Positions 28,954 through 39,230 of a stretch of 64,000 bases of DNA are shown here, one piece after another. Origin of the DNA: Bacteroidia bacterium. GTDB taxonomy: Bacteria > Bacteroidota > Bacteroidia > M30B66. The notes under the pieces are model-generated. The model searched no databases. It was given only the letters and a program-made list of their open reading frames with translations, and was not told where the DNA came from. The stretch covers positions 824,682 to 888,681 of the forward strand of contig OZ257142.1 of NCBI GenBank assembly GCA_965279035.1, written 5' to 3'. The position numbers were made by a program, and so were the translations under genes. Position 1 is the stretch's first letter. The number at the start of each line of letters is the position of its first letter.

Positions 28954-30234
28954 TTAAAAATGGTATTCTATATCTGCGGAAAGACTGAAGTAACCGCTCG
29001 TCATCAGGTTTTCATTCCCCGGCAACAAATTTATGACAATAGGAGGTAAGAGATTATCCACCACATCATAAGCTGTTTCGGCACTTTCGAAACCGAGCCA
29101 GTAATAAGTTTCGTAAACTCCAGGATGTAAATTGAGATCAGGAACTACAATATCGAAACTGAATGGAACTCCTACTTGTTGGTTTTGAATTGGGATATTA
29201 AAATTTTGGGTGTAGGTGATAATTTCTCTCGTTCTGCCCGATCTAAAAGCGACAGATGCTAAAATCATGTCCACTTTTTCATTCATAATTACTTCCATCC
29301 GAAACACAGCACGATCGCGCGGAAAAAATTCCACACCACTTGTTCCTTCTTGGTTTAGTACGTCGATTTTAGTAAACCTCACTTGTCCGTTTCCTCTACG
29401 TAATTGAGGGTCATCTAAGCCTTGTCCTTCAGAAATAGAACTCATCATATTATTTCTGATGTATGCTCTAATTACCGATTCTGTTGGACCATCTTGAATT
29501 ATTCTTCCTTGATTGAGGTAGATCGCGCGGGTACATAAATCACTGACAGCACCCATATTATGACTTACGAAAATGACTGTTCGACCTTGAGCCGACACAT
29601 CTTTCATTTTCCCAAGACATTTATTTTGAAATTCTGCATCACCAACAGCAAGCACTTCGTCAATAATCAAAATATCGGGATCAAGGTGAGCTGCAACAGC
29701 AAATGCAAGTCGAACGTACATTCCCGATGAGTAGCGTTTTACAGGAGTATCAACATAACGTTGAACACCCGCAAATTCTACAATAGCATCAAACTTTGCA
29801 CGGATTTCTGAATTTCGCATTCCTAAGATAGCTCCATTCAAAAAGATGTTTTCTCTTCCGGTTAGATCGGGATGGAAACCTGTTCCAACTTCCAATAAAC
29901 TGGCAACTTTCCCTTTGAGTTTTATTTGTCCTTGACTGGGAGTTGTTGTTCTCGAAAGTATCTTGAGTAAGGTTGATTTTCCAGCACCATTTCTACCAAT
30001 CAATCCAACTATCTCCCCTTGATTTATCTCAAAGTTGATATCACGTAAAGCCCAAACATAATCCGAATTTCCACCAGCTGTGCGGTCATTTTCACCCGCT
30101 AATTTTAAGTAAGGATTTTCTTTTCCTTGGAGCTTATACCATGCAGTTCTAAGGTCTTCAGTGAGAGTTGATGATCCAACATCTCCCAAACGGAAAACTT
30201 TCGAAACTTGATCAGCATGGACAACGATTGACAT
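28954..30234 (-). CDS. wzt: ABC transporter ATP-binding protein Wzt (O-antigen/polysaccharide export) with a ~170-aa C-terminal extension
   Basis: Contains Walker A 'GRNGAGKSTLLKIL', the ABC signature and Walker B. The extra C-terminal domain beyond the NBD resembles a Wzt_C glycan-terminus-binding module. Confidence 0.8.
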   Translation of the reverse strand: MSIVVHADQVSKVFRLGDVGSSTLTEDLRTAWYKLQGKENPYLKLAGENDRTAGGNSDYVWALRDINFEINQGEIVGLIGRNGAGKSTLLKILSRTTTPSQGQIKLKGKVASLLEVGTGFHPDLTGRENIFLNGAILGMRNSEIRAKFDAIVEFAGVQRYVDTPVKRYSSGMYVRLAFAVAAHLDPDILIIDEVLAVGDAEFQNKCLGKMKDVSAQGRTVIFVSHNMGAVSDLCTRAIYLNQGRIIQDGPTESVIRAYIRNNMMSSISEGQGLDDPQLRRGNGQVRFTKIDVLNQEGTSGVEFFPRDRAVFRMEVIMNEKVDMILASVAFRSGRTREIITYTQNFNIPIQNQQVGVPFSFDIVVPDLNLHPGVYETYYWLGFESAETAYDVVDNLLPPIVINLLPGNENLMTSGYFSLSADIEYHF

Positions 30235-30254
30235 AATTCAGAAAGACTTAGAAA

Positions 30255-31112
30255 TTAAACAGTATCCATGAAATTCCTTTCGGTTCGGTTGAATAATATG
30301 AGTCCGATGATCATACTAACAACAGCAAAAACCAAGGTGTAACCTAACATGAGCCAATTGATTGAATCGCATCCTAAAAAAATATATCGGATAGATTCAA
30401 TAACCGGAGTGATTGGATTGACAGTCAAAATCCAATGCAATTTCGGTGGGAATATGGAAGCTGGGTAAATTACTGGAGTTGCATACATCAGCAATTGTAC
30501 AGCGAAAGGCACCATATTACTAAGATCGCGGTATTTTGTAGTTAAGGACGAAATGATGATTCCGAAAGCCAGTCCAATAAACATCATGAGCAAAAGCAAA
30601 AACGGAAGAAGCCAGATGTATGCATATTGAGTATGTACATTTCCATCTTTTATTTGGAAAAATACAATGGCAGCGATGAGAACGAGCAATTGAATTCCAA
30701 ACTTAATCATGGCTGAAACCACCGATGATAATGGAACAATTAATCGTGGGAAATACACTTTACCAAAGATGCTTGCATTGGCTCTAAATGTTGTTGCTGT
30801 TCTGCTAATGCAATCGGCAAAATAGCCCCATGCAGTTAAGCCTGCTAAATAAAATAAAACGCGATTCGTTCCATCTGTTGATACATTGGCTATCAATCCA
30901 AATAAAACAAAATAGATAACCGTATTGAGGATAGGAGGGAGGATGAACCAAAAAACTCCCAGCAAAGTTTGTTTGTATACAGTTATTATATCACGACGAA
31001 CAAGAAGGAATAATAAATCACGATATGCCCAAAGTTCCTTAAGCTTTAGATCAAATAGTCCACCGTATGGACGAATGATCAAATCCCAGTCTTTGTCAGA
31101 ATTGCTGCTCAT
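30255..31112 (-). CDS. wzm: ABC-2 type polysaccharide export permease Wzm
   Basis: Six predicted TM helices. Adjacent to wzt. Confidence 0.75.
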   Translation of the reverse strand: MSSNSDKDWDLIIRPYGGLFDLKLKELWAYRDLLFLLVRRDIITVYKQTLLGVFWFILPPILNTVIYFVLFGLIANVSTDGTNRVLFYLAGLTAWGYFADCISRTATTFRANASIFGKVYFPRLIVPLSSVVSAMIKFGIQLLVLIAAIVFFQIKDGNVHTQYAYIWLLPFLLLLMMFIGLAFGIIISSLTTKYRDLSNMVPFAVQLLMYATPVIYPASIFPPKLHWILTVNPITPVIESIRYIFLGCDSINWLMLGYTLVFAVVSMIIGLILFNRTERNFMDTV

Positions 31113-31181
31113 TTTTTACTTTGAGCCGCAAATCTAATGGTTTTTCCTTAAGAAATGGTTGAAGAGAATTGCTTAATGAGT

Positions 31182-32114
31182 CTAGGTAAGAAGCAAGTTT
31201 TGAACTTCAAGATAGGTTTCTCGGATACCTGTTTCTAGGTTTGTTTTAGGTGCCCAACCCAACGAACGAAGTCGGCTACTGTCCATTAATTTCCGTGGTG
31301 TTCCATCGGGTTTTGAGCTATCGAACCGAATTTCACCTTCATAACCAACAATGTCTTTGATGAGGAATGCTAAATCTTTAATGCTGATATCTTCGCCATA
31401 GCCTATATTAACAAAGAGTTCTTCAGAATAATTTTGCAGTAGAAATACACAAGCATCTGCTAAATCATCTACGTACATAAATTCCCGAAGCGGAGATCCG
31501 GTTCCCCAGAGTTCAACGAAACTGGCATTATTTACCTTGGCAGTATTCATTTTTCTTAATAATGCAGGCAATACGTGCGAGTTTTGTAAATCATAATTGT
31601 CGTTTTTTCCATACAAATTCGTTGGCATTGCTGATATAAAATCGCATCCATATTGCCGACGATAGCTTTCGCACATTTTTATTCCAGCAATTTTAGCAAT
31701 CGCATAAGGTTCGTTCGTTTGCTCTAAAAAACCGGATAGTAAACTCTCTTCTTTTAAAGGTTGTTCAGCTAATTTTGGGTAAATGCACGACGAACCTAGG
31801 AATAAAAGTTTTTTCACTCCCGATTTCCAAGAGGTATGAATAACGTTGCTTTCAATAGCGAGATTATCGTAAAGAAATTCAGCGCGATAGGTATTATTGG
31901 CCATGATGCCGCCCACTTTGGCTGCAGCGAGAACAACGATTTCAGGTTTTTCTCGATCAAAGAACGACTCCACTTCCACTTGTCTTCTCAAATCCAATTC
32001 TTTGGAAGTTGCTCCAATTAAATTTGAATAACCTTGGTTAGAAAGTGTTCTCCAAATGGCAGAACCTACCATTCCACGATGTCCTGCGATGAATATTTTA
32101 CTTGATTTCTCCAC
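31182..32114 (-). CDS. fcl: GDP-L-fucose synthase (GDP-4-keto-6-deoxymannose 3,5-epimerase/4-reductase)
   Basis: 310 aa. 'KIFIAGHRGMVGSAI' and the remainder are collinear with Fcl. Confidence 0.85.
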   Translation of the reverse strand: MEKSSKIFIAGHRGMVGSAIWRTLSNQGYSNLIGATSKELDLRRQVEVESFFDREKPEIVVLAAAKVGGIMANNTYRAEFLYDNLAIESNVIHTSWKSGVKKLLFLGSSCIYPKLAEQPLKEESLLSGFLEQTNEPYAIAKIAGIKMCESYRRQYGCDFISAMPTNLYGKNDNYDLQNSHVLPALLRKMNTAKVNNASFVELWGTGSPLREFMYVDDLADACVFLLQNYSEELFVNIGYGEDISIKDLAFLIKDIVGYEGEIRFDSSKPDGTPRKLMDSSRLRSLGWAPKTNLETGIRETYLEVQNLLLT

Positions 32115-32369
32115 GTTTTTCTTCCGTTGTTCTGTTCATTGATTCATCCAGTTTATCTTAAAGACAAATTGAAATGATGATTATGACAGATATATTTTGA
32201 AAAAATTGATGTAAATCCTGAAATTATAAAAGCTGAATAATTCAAATGGAGTTATTCCATCACAAAATCAATCCAGCTTATTTTTCTAGGTTTGAACCAG
32301 AAGCAATATTAAGAATTTTGGCTCAGCTAGATTTTTCTCAATCGGTATATTGCCCAAAAGATTTTCAAG

Positions 32370-32954
32370 ATGGAATTAATTTTCGCAACAGGAAACAGTC
32401 ATAAAATTGACGAGGTGAAAGCGATTTTACCAAGCGATTTCCAAGTGATTGGATTAAAGCAATTGGGCTATCAACATGAATTACCTGAAACTACCGGAAC
32501 AATTTCGGGAAATGCATTGCAAAAAGCTAGAACACTCTTCGAACATACTGGATTTGCCTGTTTTGCTGATGATTCGGGATTGGAAGTTTTTGCATTGAAT
32601 GGAAAACCGGGTGTAGATTCGGCACATTATGCTGGTCCTGATAGGGATTCCAATGCGAATATGGATTTGTTGTTAAAAGAACTTTCCAATAGAGAAGATC
32701 GATCTGCTCGATTTATAACAGTCATCGCCTACATCGATAAATTTGGTGAATACGTATTTGAAGGAATTGTTGAGGGGGAAATATCAAGGACCAAAATGGG
32801 AGATAGTGGATTTGGCTACGATCCTATTTTTATTCCCCAAGGATATTCTCAAAGCTTTGCGGAATTATCGTCCGAAACTAAAAATCAAATTAGTCACCGA
32901 GCAAAAGCCGTTGTTTTATTTAAAGAATGGTTAATTCAGAATCGTTTGAAATAG
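32370..32954 (+). CDS. rdgB: Non-canonical purine NTP pyrophosphatase (Ham1/RdgB family)
   Basis: Contains 'IFATGNSHK' and 'GFGYDPIF'. Confidence 0.85.
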   Translation: MELIFATGNSHKIDEVKAILPSDFQVIGLKQLGYQHELPETTGTISGNALQKARTLFEHTGFACFADDSGLEVFALNGKPGVDSAHYAGPDRDSNANMDLLLKELSNREDRSARFITVIAYIDKFGEYVFEGIVEGEISRTKMGDSGFGYDPIFIPQGYSQSFAELSSETKNQISHRAKAVVLFKEWLIQNRLK

Positions 32955-32972
32955 GTTATTTTTGCCGCCCAT

Positions 32973-33635
32973 ATGGAATTCTTAGCCTCACTTCTCGATT
33001 TTATTCTGCATATAAATGCTCATCTGGATCAACTTGTACTTGATTATGGGAATTCAATTTATGCCATTCTTTTCTTAATCATCTTTGTTGAAACCGGATT
33101 GGTAGTGATGCCATTTCTACCGGGTGATTCACTTTTATTCGCTGCAGGAGCGCTATGTGCAAGACCGAATTCTGAATTAAGTTTATTCATACTTATCGCT
33201 TTGTTATTTCTTGCAGCTGTATTAGGTGATAATCTAAATTATACCATTGGTCGCTTTGCAGGTTCTAAAGTTGTAAACTGGAAATTCAGAGGGAAGAATT
33301 TGGTGAAACAAACCTATATCGATCAAACACATAGTTTCTTTGAAAAATATGGAACCAAAGCCATTATTATGGCTCGATTTGTACCCATTGTTAGAACGTT
33401 TACTCCTTTTGTAGCTGGAGTTGGACAAATGGATTATCGTAAAAAATTCCTCCCATTTGATCTAGCAGGAGGGTTTCTTTGGATTTGTTCAATGACACTT
33501 GCCGGCTTCTTTTTAGGAAACTTGGATTTCTTTCAAAAACACTTTGAAGCTGTTGTAATTGGAATCGTATTACTTTCCATTACTCCAATGATCTTTACGT
33601 TTTTAAAACATCGGTTTTCAACAAAAAGCGCCTAA
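32973..33635 (+). CDS. dedA: DedA family (VTT/SNARE-associated) inner-membrane protein
   Basis: Contains 'VVMPFLPGDSLLFAAGAL' and 4-5 TM helices. Confidence 0.8.
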   Translation: MEFLASLLDFILHINAHLDQLVLDYGNSIYAILFLIIFVETGLVVMPFLPGDSLLFAAGALCARPNSELSLFILIALLFLAAVLGDNLNYTIGRFAGSKVVNWKFRGKNLVKQTYIDQTHSFFEKYGTKAIIMARFVPIVRTFTPFVAGVGQMDYRKKFLPFDLAGGFLWICSMTLAGFFLGNLDFFQKHFEAVVIGIVLLSITPMIFTFLKHRFSTKSA

Positions 33636-33654
33636 GACAAAATCCTATTTAGAA

Positions 33655-35013
33655 TCAAATAGCTTTTTGTGTTGCTTCAATTTTAGCTTTTATCCATTCA
33701 CTTGTAATTGAACCTGGACGTTCAATGGGTAATCCCATTGCTCTGCTAATGGTTAATTGAGCAAGAACTCCAAGGGCGCGGGAAACACCAAACAAAGCGG
33801 TAAAAAAGTCGTATTCTTTAATCCCATAATGTATCAACAATGCTCCCGAATGAGCATCTACATTGGGCCAAGGATTTTGAATCTTTTTTATGTTATTTAA
33901 TATTTCAGGAACAACTTCATACACAAGCCAAACGATATTTACGATATCATCATCGGGCATGTATTTTTTAGCAAATTCCATTTGAGCTGTAAAGCGAGGG
34001 TCTGTTTTACGTAATACAGCATGTCCATATCCTGGAACAACCTTGCCTTCGGCTAATGTTTTATTGACGTATTGAATAATCTGTTCTTTTGTTGGAAGTC
34101 CACCACCCAATTCTTTTTGTAATTCAAGAATCCAGCGAATAACTTCTTGATTTGCTAAACCGTGAAGTGGTCCAGCTAAGCCATTCAATCCTGCTGAAAA
34201 TGAATAATAAGCATCACTCAATGCCGAACCAACTAAATGCGTTGCGTGTGCCGATACATTTCCTCCTTCATGATCTGCATGAATGGTTAAGTACAAGCGC
34301 ATTAATTCTGCTACTTCATGGCTGTCATAACCCATCATGTGAGCAAAATTAGCTGACCAATCAGCTCCTTTTAATGGTTCAATTTGAACATTATTATGAT
34401 ATGTTCTTCTATATATGTAGGAAGCAACTCTTGGCAAACGAGCAATCAAATTCATGGAATCTTCAAACATCGGATCCCAATACTCCTTTTTATTTATCCC
34501 TTTTTCATATTCGTGCGCAAAAACCGATTCTGTACGCATTGCCAAAACAGCCGCACTTAGCTGAGTCATTGGATGCGTATAGGTAGGAAATGCATCCAGC
34601 ATTTTAAATACGTGATCAGGAACAGTACTTCTTGATTCCCATTCTTTACTTAAATCGGATACTTGTTGCTCAGTAGGAAGTTCCCCTGTTATCATCAAGT
34701 AAAAAATTCCTTCGGGTAATGGTTCTATTCCACCAGGTGCTTTTGGTAATAGATTTCTTAATTCAGGAATGCTATATCCTCTAAATCGAATGCCTTCTTC
34801 AGGATCTAATTTGGAGGTTTCGGTAATCATCCCAACCATCCCTTTCATTCCCGAGTAGACCTGCGCTAGAGTTATTTCGCCAATTTTTAATGTTCCATGA
34901 TCGCTAATCATTGACTTTAAACTAGCAGCATGTGGGAGTACTTTTTCTGAAATTCGGGACTTTAAATTGGATGACATACGTTGATTGAAATGATACGAAT
35001 TGAATATCGCCAC
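33655..35013 (-). CDS. gltA: Citrate synthase
   Basis: Contains 'HADHEGGNVSAHATHLVGSALSD' and 'GYGHAVLRKTDPR'. The true start may be the internal Met at ~34977. Confidence 0.85.
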   Translation of the reverse strand: MAIFNSYHFNQRMSSNLKSRISEKVLPHAASLKSMISDHGTLKIGEITLAQVYSGMKGMVGMITETSKLDPEEGIRFRGYSIPELRNLLPKAPGGIEPLPEGIFYLMITGELPTEQQVSDLSKEWESRSTVPDHVFKMLDAFPTYTHPMTQLSAAVLAMRTESVFAHEYEKGINKKEYWDPMFEDSMNLIARLPRVASYIYRRTYHNNVQIEPLKGADWSANFAHMMGYDSHEVAELMRLYLTIHADHEGGNVSAHATHLVGSALSDAYYSFSAGLNGLAGPLHGLANQEVIRWILELQKELGGGLPTKEQIIQYVNKTLAEGKVVPGYGHAVLRKTDPRFTAQMEFAKKYMPDDDIVNIVWLVYEVVPEILNNIKKIQNPWPNVDAHSGALLIHYGIKEYDFFTALFGVSRALGVLAQLTISRAMGLPIERPGSITSEWIKAKIEATQKAI

Positions 35014-35227
35014 AAGTATACAGAATTCGTTTCGCGATTTAAAATAAATGTATTTAAACGCCCTGTTGAATAAAAGGTTTACAATGTGTTCTTAATTCAT
35101 CATCAGGCACATTTAGCTTTAAGCTGATTTACGTTTCACTTCTTTATTTATGAATTTTAAAATCATAAATATGAATGAACCAAGAGATTAAAATTGAAGA
35201 ATAGCTCTATCATACTTAGAGCTTATT

Positions 35228-37177
35228 TTATTCCCGAATATGTTTCTGAAATAATTCTTCCAATTCTTGATCTGTTAAATTGTTAACGGTATAAAGCGAG
35301 TCTCCATCGGCAAAAAAACTAGCATTAATTTTTCTTGAAAAAGAAGTTAAGCTTGCTCCTGTTAATTCTTGATTTGAATTTTTGAGATAGTAATACAATT
35401 CATTCTGCTTTATAAGGTATTGATCTACTGAGTTTAACTTGTTCTCAGGTTGAATGAAATAGGATATGTCAATGTTTATAGCATCTTTATAATTAGGAAG
35501 CAATTGAAGATAAAAATGGCTATTTCGATAATAAGAATCAAGAAAAGAAATGTTTGTTTTTTCAAGTCCACTTGCTTTATAAAGGCCTATGATCGGACCT
35601 TTATTACATTCTGAAATAGCATTTAAATTCTTATTTTTCAAGGATGCACTAAGCTGATTATAAGGTGCATTTGATTTTTTTTCATGTGTTAAATTGAAGT
35701 ACGAATGCCATATTCCAAAAAGAATAAGTAGAACAGGTATGGTAATTTTATGGGTTGATGTAGGAGAGGATTCATAAAGTGCTTTACTAATTTCAAAAGC
35801 AATGAGCAGAATTAATATTGGAATTGAATTATAAAAAAATTGACCATTATCAAGAATCCCAACACTCAATCCAACAGCCATTAAGCCTCCAAGCATGGAA
35901 GAAATCATCACGATACTACTAGTGAGAAGTGTCTTTATTTTATGAAATCGTAAATAAATGAGAATCCCCAAATAAGGCAGGAAAAACAGGAAAAATCTTA
36001 GTCCGGAAAAAAATGCTGAAAAGAAAAATGTTTTAAAAAGTGCAATAGTAGGCTGATGAATTAACCTGGAAATGAGTGCTGTATCTGATAATGTATTATT
36101 GAGTTCACTTAAGCCATTCAACGAATAGTAAATTCCAATAAAGCCAATGATTAATACTTGGTTTGTATAAATAGGAATTAGATTCTTCCATCCAATTTTT
36201 TTAGAAAACACTAAATAGATAGGAAATAAAACTTCAATAGCACAAACCGATGGAAGGCAACCGATTGAAAAGATAGGAATGATGGATAATAAAAGCAGGA
36301 ATTCAACATATTTTTCCTTTTGATAATAGTAGAATATTGAAATAGCAGCAATGAGATAAATTAAAACATATTTTTTCCCAAACGTCATAAAGAACCCCGT
36401 TTGAGTAATACCATCGAAATATTTCAATAATTCAGAAGAGTTATAAAATGGAAAATAAAATCCTGAAATTGTTAGAATTGATACTGCGATGAGTGCTGTT
36501 CGAAATCGAAATAATTGCTTGCTTTCTCCAACGGATAAAAGGAAAATGGAAGAACAAGTAATGGCTTTGAGTAAAGGAAATGTAGAAAATAATAGAAGCT
36601 TAACAGAAGATGCTCCAGTCATTTTAACAAGAATTCCGTTCACCCATAATTCTGGATAATGATAAGGTTGTCGAACTCCTGTTGCATTTTCAATCAATTG
36701 GTTTAATAGGAAGAGTCTATTTTCTGCGCCATATTCAACCATGTATTTTGACAATTTTCCATAATACAGGAAATCAAAATGTGGAACATCAGTTATAATC
36801 CCCAATTCAGAATTGTAATATTTAATAAATTCTAAAAAAGAAAAAAGCACAGTAATTCCCCAAACAGCAAGAGTTTTAAGGAGAATAGGTTTAATAGGGA
36901 ATCCTGAAAATGAAGGTGAAAATTGAATGCGATATTTTGAATGAATACCAATGATTAATAATGGGATGAATAAACCGAGTAAAACAGTATTGCCAATAGT
37001 AAAAACCAGCGCAATTGCTGTAATTGTAAAAAGTGTTCCCCAAAAGATTTTTCTAGCAAATAAACTTGACTTATTCGTTTCGTTTTGATTGAAATCTTGA
37101 ATAATGATTGATCCAAAGACAATGATTATCAAAAGTAAAATCGCACTATATGCTTGATAAACAATAAAATCTAACAT
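35228..37177 (-). CDS. Polytopic integral membrane protein (>=12 TM helices with a ~170-aa C-terminal soluble domain); possible GT-C-type glycosyltransferase or polymerase
   Basis: Hydrophobicity pattern only. It is divergently paired with the aminotransferase, acetyltransferase and ArnC-like operon. Confidence 0.4.
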   Translation of the reverse strand: MLDFIVYQAYSAILLLIIIVFGSIIIQDFNQNETNKSSLFARKIFWGTLFTITAIALVFTIGNTVLLGLFIPLLIIGIHSKYRIQFSPSFSGFPIKPILLKTLAVWGITVLFSFLEFIKYYNSELGIITDVPHFDFLYYGKLSKYMVEYGAENRLFLLNQLIENATGVRQPYHYPELWVNGILVKMTGASSVKLLLFSTFPLLKAITCSSIFLLSVGESKQLFRFRTALIAVSILTISGFYFPFYNSSELLKYFDGITQTGFFMTFGKKYVLIYLIAAISIFYYYQKEKYVEFLLLLSIIPIFSIGCLPSVCAIEVLFPIYLVFSKKIGWKNLIPIYTNQVLIIGFIGIYYSLNGLSELNNTLSDTALISRLIHQPTIALFKTFFFSAFFSGLRFFLFFLPYLGILIYLRFHKIKTLLTSSIVMISSMLGGLMAVGLSVGILDNGQFFYNSIPILILLIAFEISKALYESSPTSTHKITIPVLLILFGIWHSYFNLTHEKKSNAPYNQLSASLKNKNLNAISECNKGPIIGLYKASGLEKTNISFLDSYYRNSHFYLQLLPNYKDAINIDISYFIQPENKLNSVDQYLIKQNELYYYLKNSNQELTGASLTSFSRKINASFFADGDSLYTVNNLTDQELEELFQKHIRE

Positions 37178-37503
37178 TTTATTTATTCAGATGCTTGTTA
37201 TTTGCTCAAAAATAAACTTTTATCAGTTCTAATTCTTCGAAGAATCCTTAGCATTTTTCATATCTAAGCACTATTTATATTGAATCCTATATCAAATAAT
37301 ATCTAATGCATTAAAATATGTGCGAACTATAATATCACTATAAAAAGCATTATCACTCTTGTAATTTCTTTTTAAATTAATTTCTTCCAAAAAAGAATTT
37401 CTAATCTAATTTGATCCGCATGTGAATATTCTAAATTCAAATAAATCTCTGCGATTCCAATGAATATTGAAACAAGCAGAGAAGATTATATATTTGTGCA
37501 TCA

Positions 37504-38610
37504 TTGACTAATTCATCCTTTTCATTAATGATTAATGTTACTAAGTCATTCCTGCCAGATTTGGAGGAATATGTAAGCTATCTGAAAGGTATTTGGGAAC
37601 GTGGCCATTTAACGAATCACGGTCCACTAGTCAACGAATTGGAAAAAAAAATTCGCGAATATTTAGGTGTTAAACATTTTTATTTCGTTAATAACGGAAC
37701 TATTGCACTTCAAATAGCCATCAAAGCGGCAGACCTTCGTGGAGATATTATCACAACACCATTTTCCTATGTAGCTACTACTAGTTGTATCGTTTGGGAG
37801 AATTGCAATCCAGTTTTTGCTGATATTGATGCCAATACCTTAACCGTTACAGCCGAAACCATTGAACGTGTTATTACTCCACAAACAACAGGTATTCTTG
37901 TTACGCATGTTTATGGAAATCCTTGTCCGGTTGAAGAAATAAATGAACTTGCGAAGAAGCACGGATTGAAAGTAATTTATGATGCGGCTCATGCTTTTGG
38001 TGTTCAGTATAAAAATACATCTGTTCTCAATTTTGGTGATATTTCAACATTGAGTTTTCATGCGACTAAGTTGTTTCATACAATTGAAGGAGGCGGTATT
38101 GTAACAAATGATGATGAACTGGCACATCGTATTAGTTACATGCGCAATTTTGGTCATAATGGGCCGGAGGCTTTTTTTGGTGTTGGAGTCAATGGAAAAA
38201 GTTCAGAATTCCAAGCTGCAATGGGCTTGTGTTTATTGCCAAAGATTGAGCAAATTATTCAAGCTAGAAAAACGCTTTCGGAACAGTATGTTGAAAATCT
38301 GAAGGATTTGCCAATCCAATTTCTACAAAAGCAAGACGGTGTAACAAAATACAATTATGCCTATTTCCCAATTGTTTTTAAGTCAGAAGAAATTGTCTTA
38401 AAAATTATTGCTGCATTAAATCAAAATGAAGTTGTTCCAAGAAGATATTTTTATCCTTCACTCAATACATTGAATTACGTTACAAATAATTTGAAGGATG
38501 ATGTGGCAACAGAGATTTCTAAACGAGTGCTCTGCTTGCCTTTATATCCCGAATTAACTGAAGAGCAAATTATTTTCATTTCAACTATTATTCGTTCCCA
38601 ATTATGTTAA
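37504..38610 (+). CDS. DegT/DnrJ/EryC1/StrS-family sugar aminotransferase (PLP-dependent)
   Basis: Contains 'NGTIALQIA', 'DAAHAFG' and the 'SFHATK' PLP-lysine region. Confidence 0.8.
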   Translation: MTNSSFSLMINVTKSFLPDLEEYVSYLKGIWERGHLTNHGPLVNELEKKIREYLGVKHFYFVNNGTIALQIAIKAADLRGDIITTPFSYVATTSCIVWENCNPVFADIDANTLTVTAETIERVITPQTTGILVTHVYGNPCPVEEINELAKKHGLKVIYDAAHAFGVQYKNTSVLNFGDISTLSFHATKLFHTIEGGGIVTNDDELAHRISYMRNFGHNGPEAFFGVGVNGKSSEFQAAMGLCLLPKIEQIIQARKTLSEQYVENLKDLPIQFLQKQDGVTKYNYAYFPIVFKSEEIVLKIIAALNQNEVVPRRYFYPSLNTLNYVTNNLKDDVATEISKRVLCLPLYPELTEEQIIFISTIIRSQLC

Positions 38611-39221
38611 TTGTTGGAGCAGGCGGATTTGCGAAGCAGCTTCTTCCTGTTATCGAACACTTAGGACTAAGTGATCAAGTAACATTCTATGATGATTATA
38701 GTAATGATACTTCTTCCTTAATTTCAAGAAATTTTCATGTAATACGGAACGAGGAACAATTAAGAAATTATTTTTCTAAAGGTGATTTCCGTTTTGTAAA
38801 TGCACTTGGAGGACCTTCAAAACGCTATGAAATTCATCAAAAAATTGTGGCACTAGGAGGTATTCCAACAAATTTGATTGATCCCAATACTCGAATTTCA
38901 CAATACGAAGTTAAGATTGGGATTGGTTGCTGTATTTTGCAAGATGTGATTATTGAACCTTGCGCTCAATTGGGTGATGGCTGTTTGATTAATCTAAAAT
39001 CAATGATTACACATGATACAATCATTGGGAACTTCACTGAAATTTCACCTGGAGTAACTTTATTGGGCGCTTCAAAGATTGGCAATTTTGTTTTTATTGG
39101 AGCTGGTGCGATTGTATTACCCAAGATTGAAATTGGTGATCATTGTGTGATTGGTGCTGGTGCTGTTGTAAACCGTTCTGTACCTTCGGGGCATCGTGTA
39201 GTTGGTGTTCCTGCTCGTTAA
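38604..39221 (+). CDS. NeuD/PglD-family sugar N-acetyltransferase (left-handed beta-helix)
   Basis: Contains the N-terminal 'LIVGAGGFAKQL' Rossmann-like domain and C-terminal hexapeptide repeats 'IGAGAIV...IGDHCVIGAGAVV'. Confidence 0.75.
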   Translation: MLIVGAGGFAKQLLPVIEHLGLSDQVTFYDDYSNDTSSLISRNFHVIRNEEQLRNYFSKGDFRFVNALGGPSKRYEIHQKIVALGGIPTNLIDPNTRISQYEVKIGIGCCILQDVIIEPCAQLGDGCLINLKSMITHDTIIGNFTEISPGVTLLGASKIGNFVFIGAGAIVLPKIEIGDHCVIGAGAVVNRSVPSGHRVVGVPAR

Positions 39222-39230
39222 TTTTTAAAT

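Noticed and set aside
35200-35225. Hairpin agctcta-N8-agagct just downstream of the 649-aa membrane protein gene, as a terminator
   Set aside because: It is plausible but short and AT-rich, with a weak T-tract. The evidence is insufficient for a feature call.
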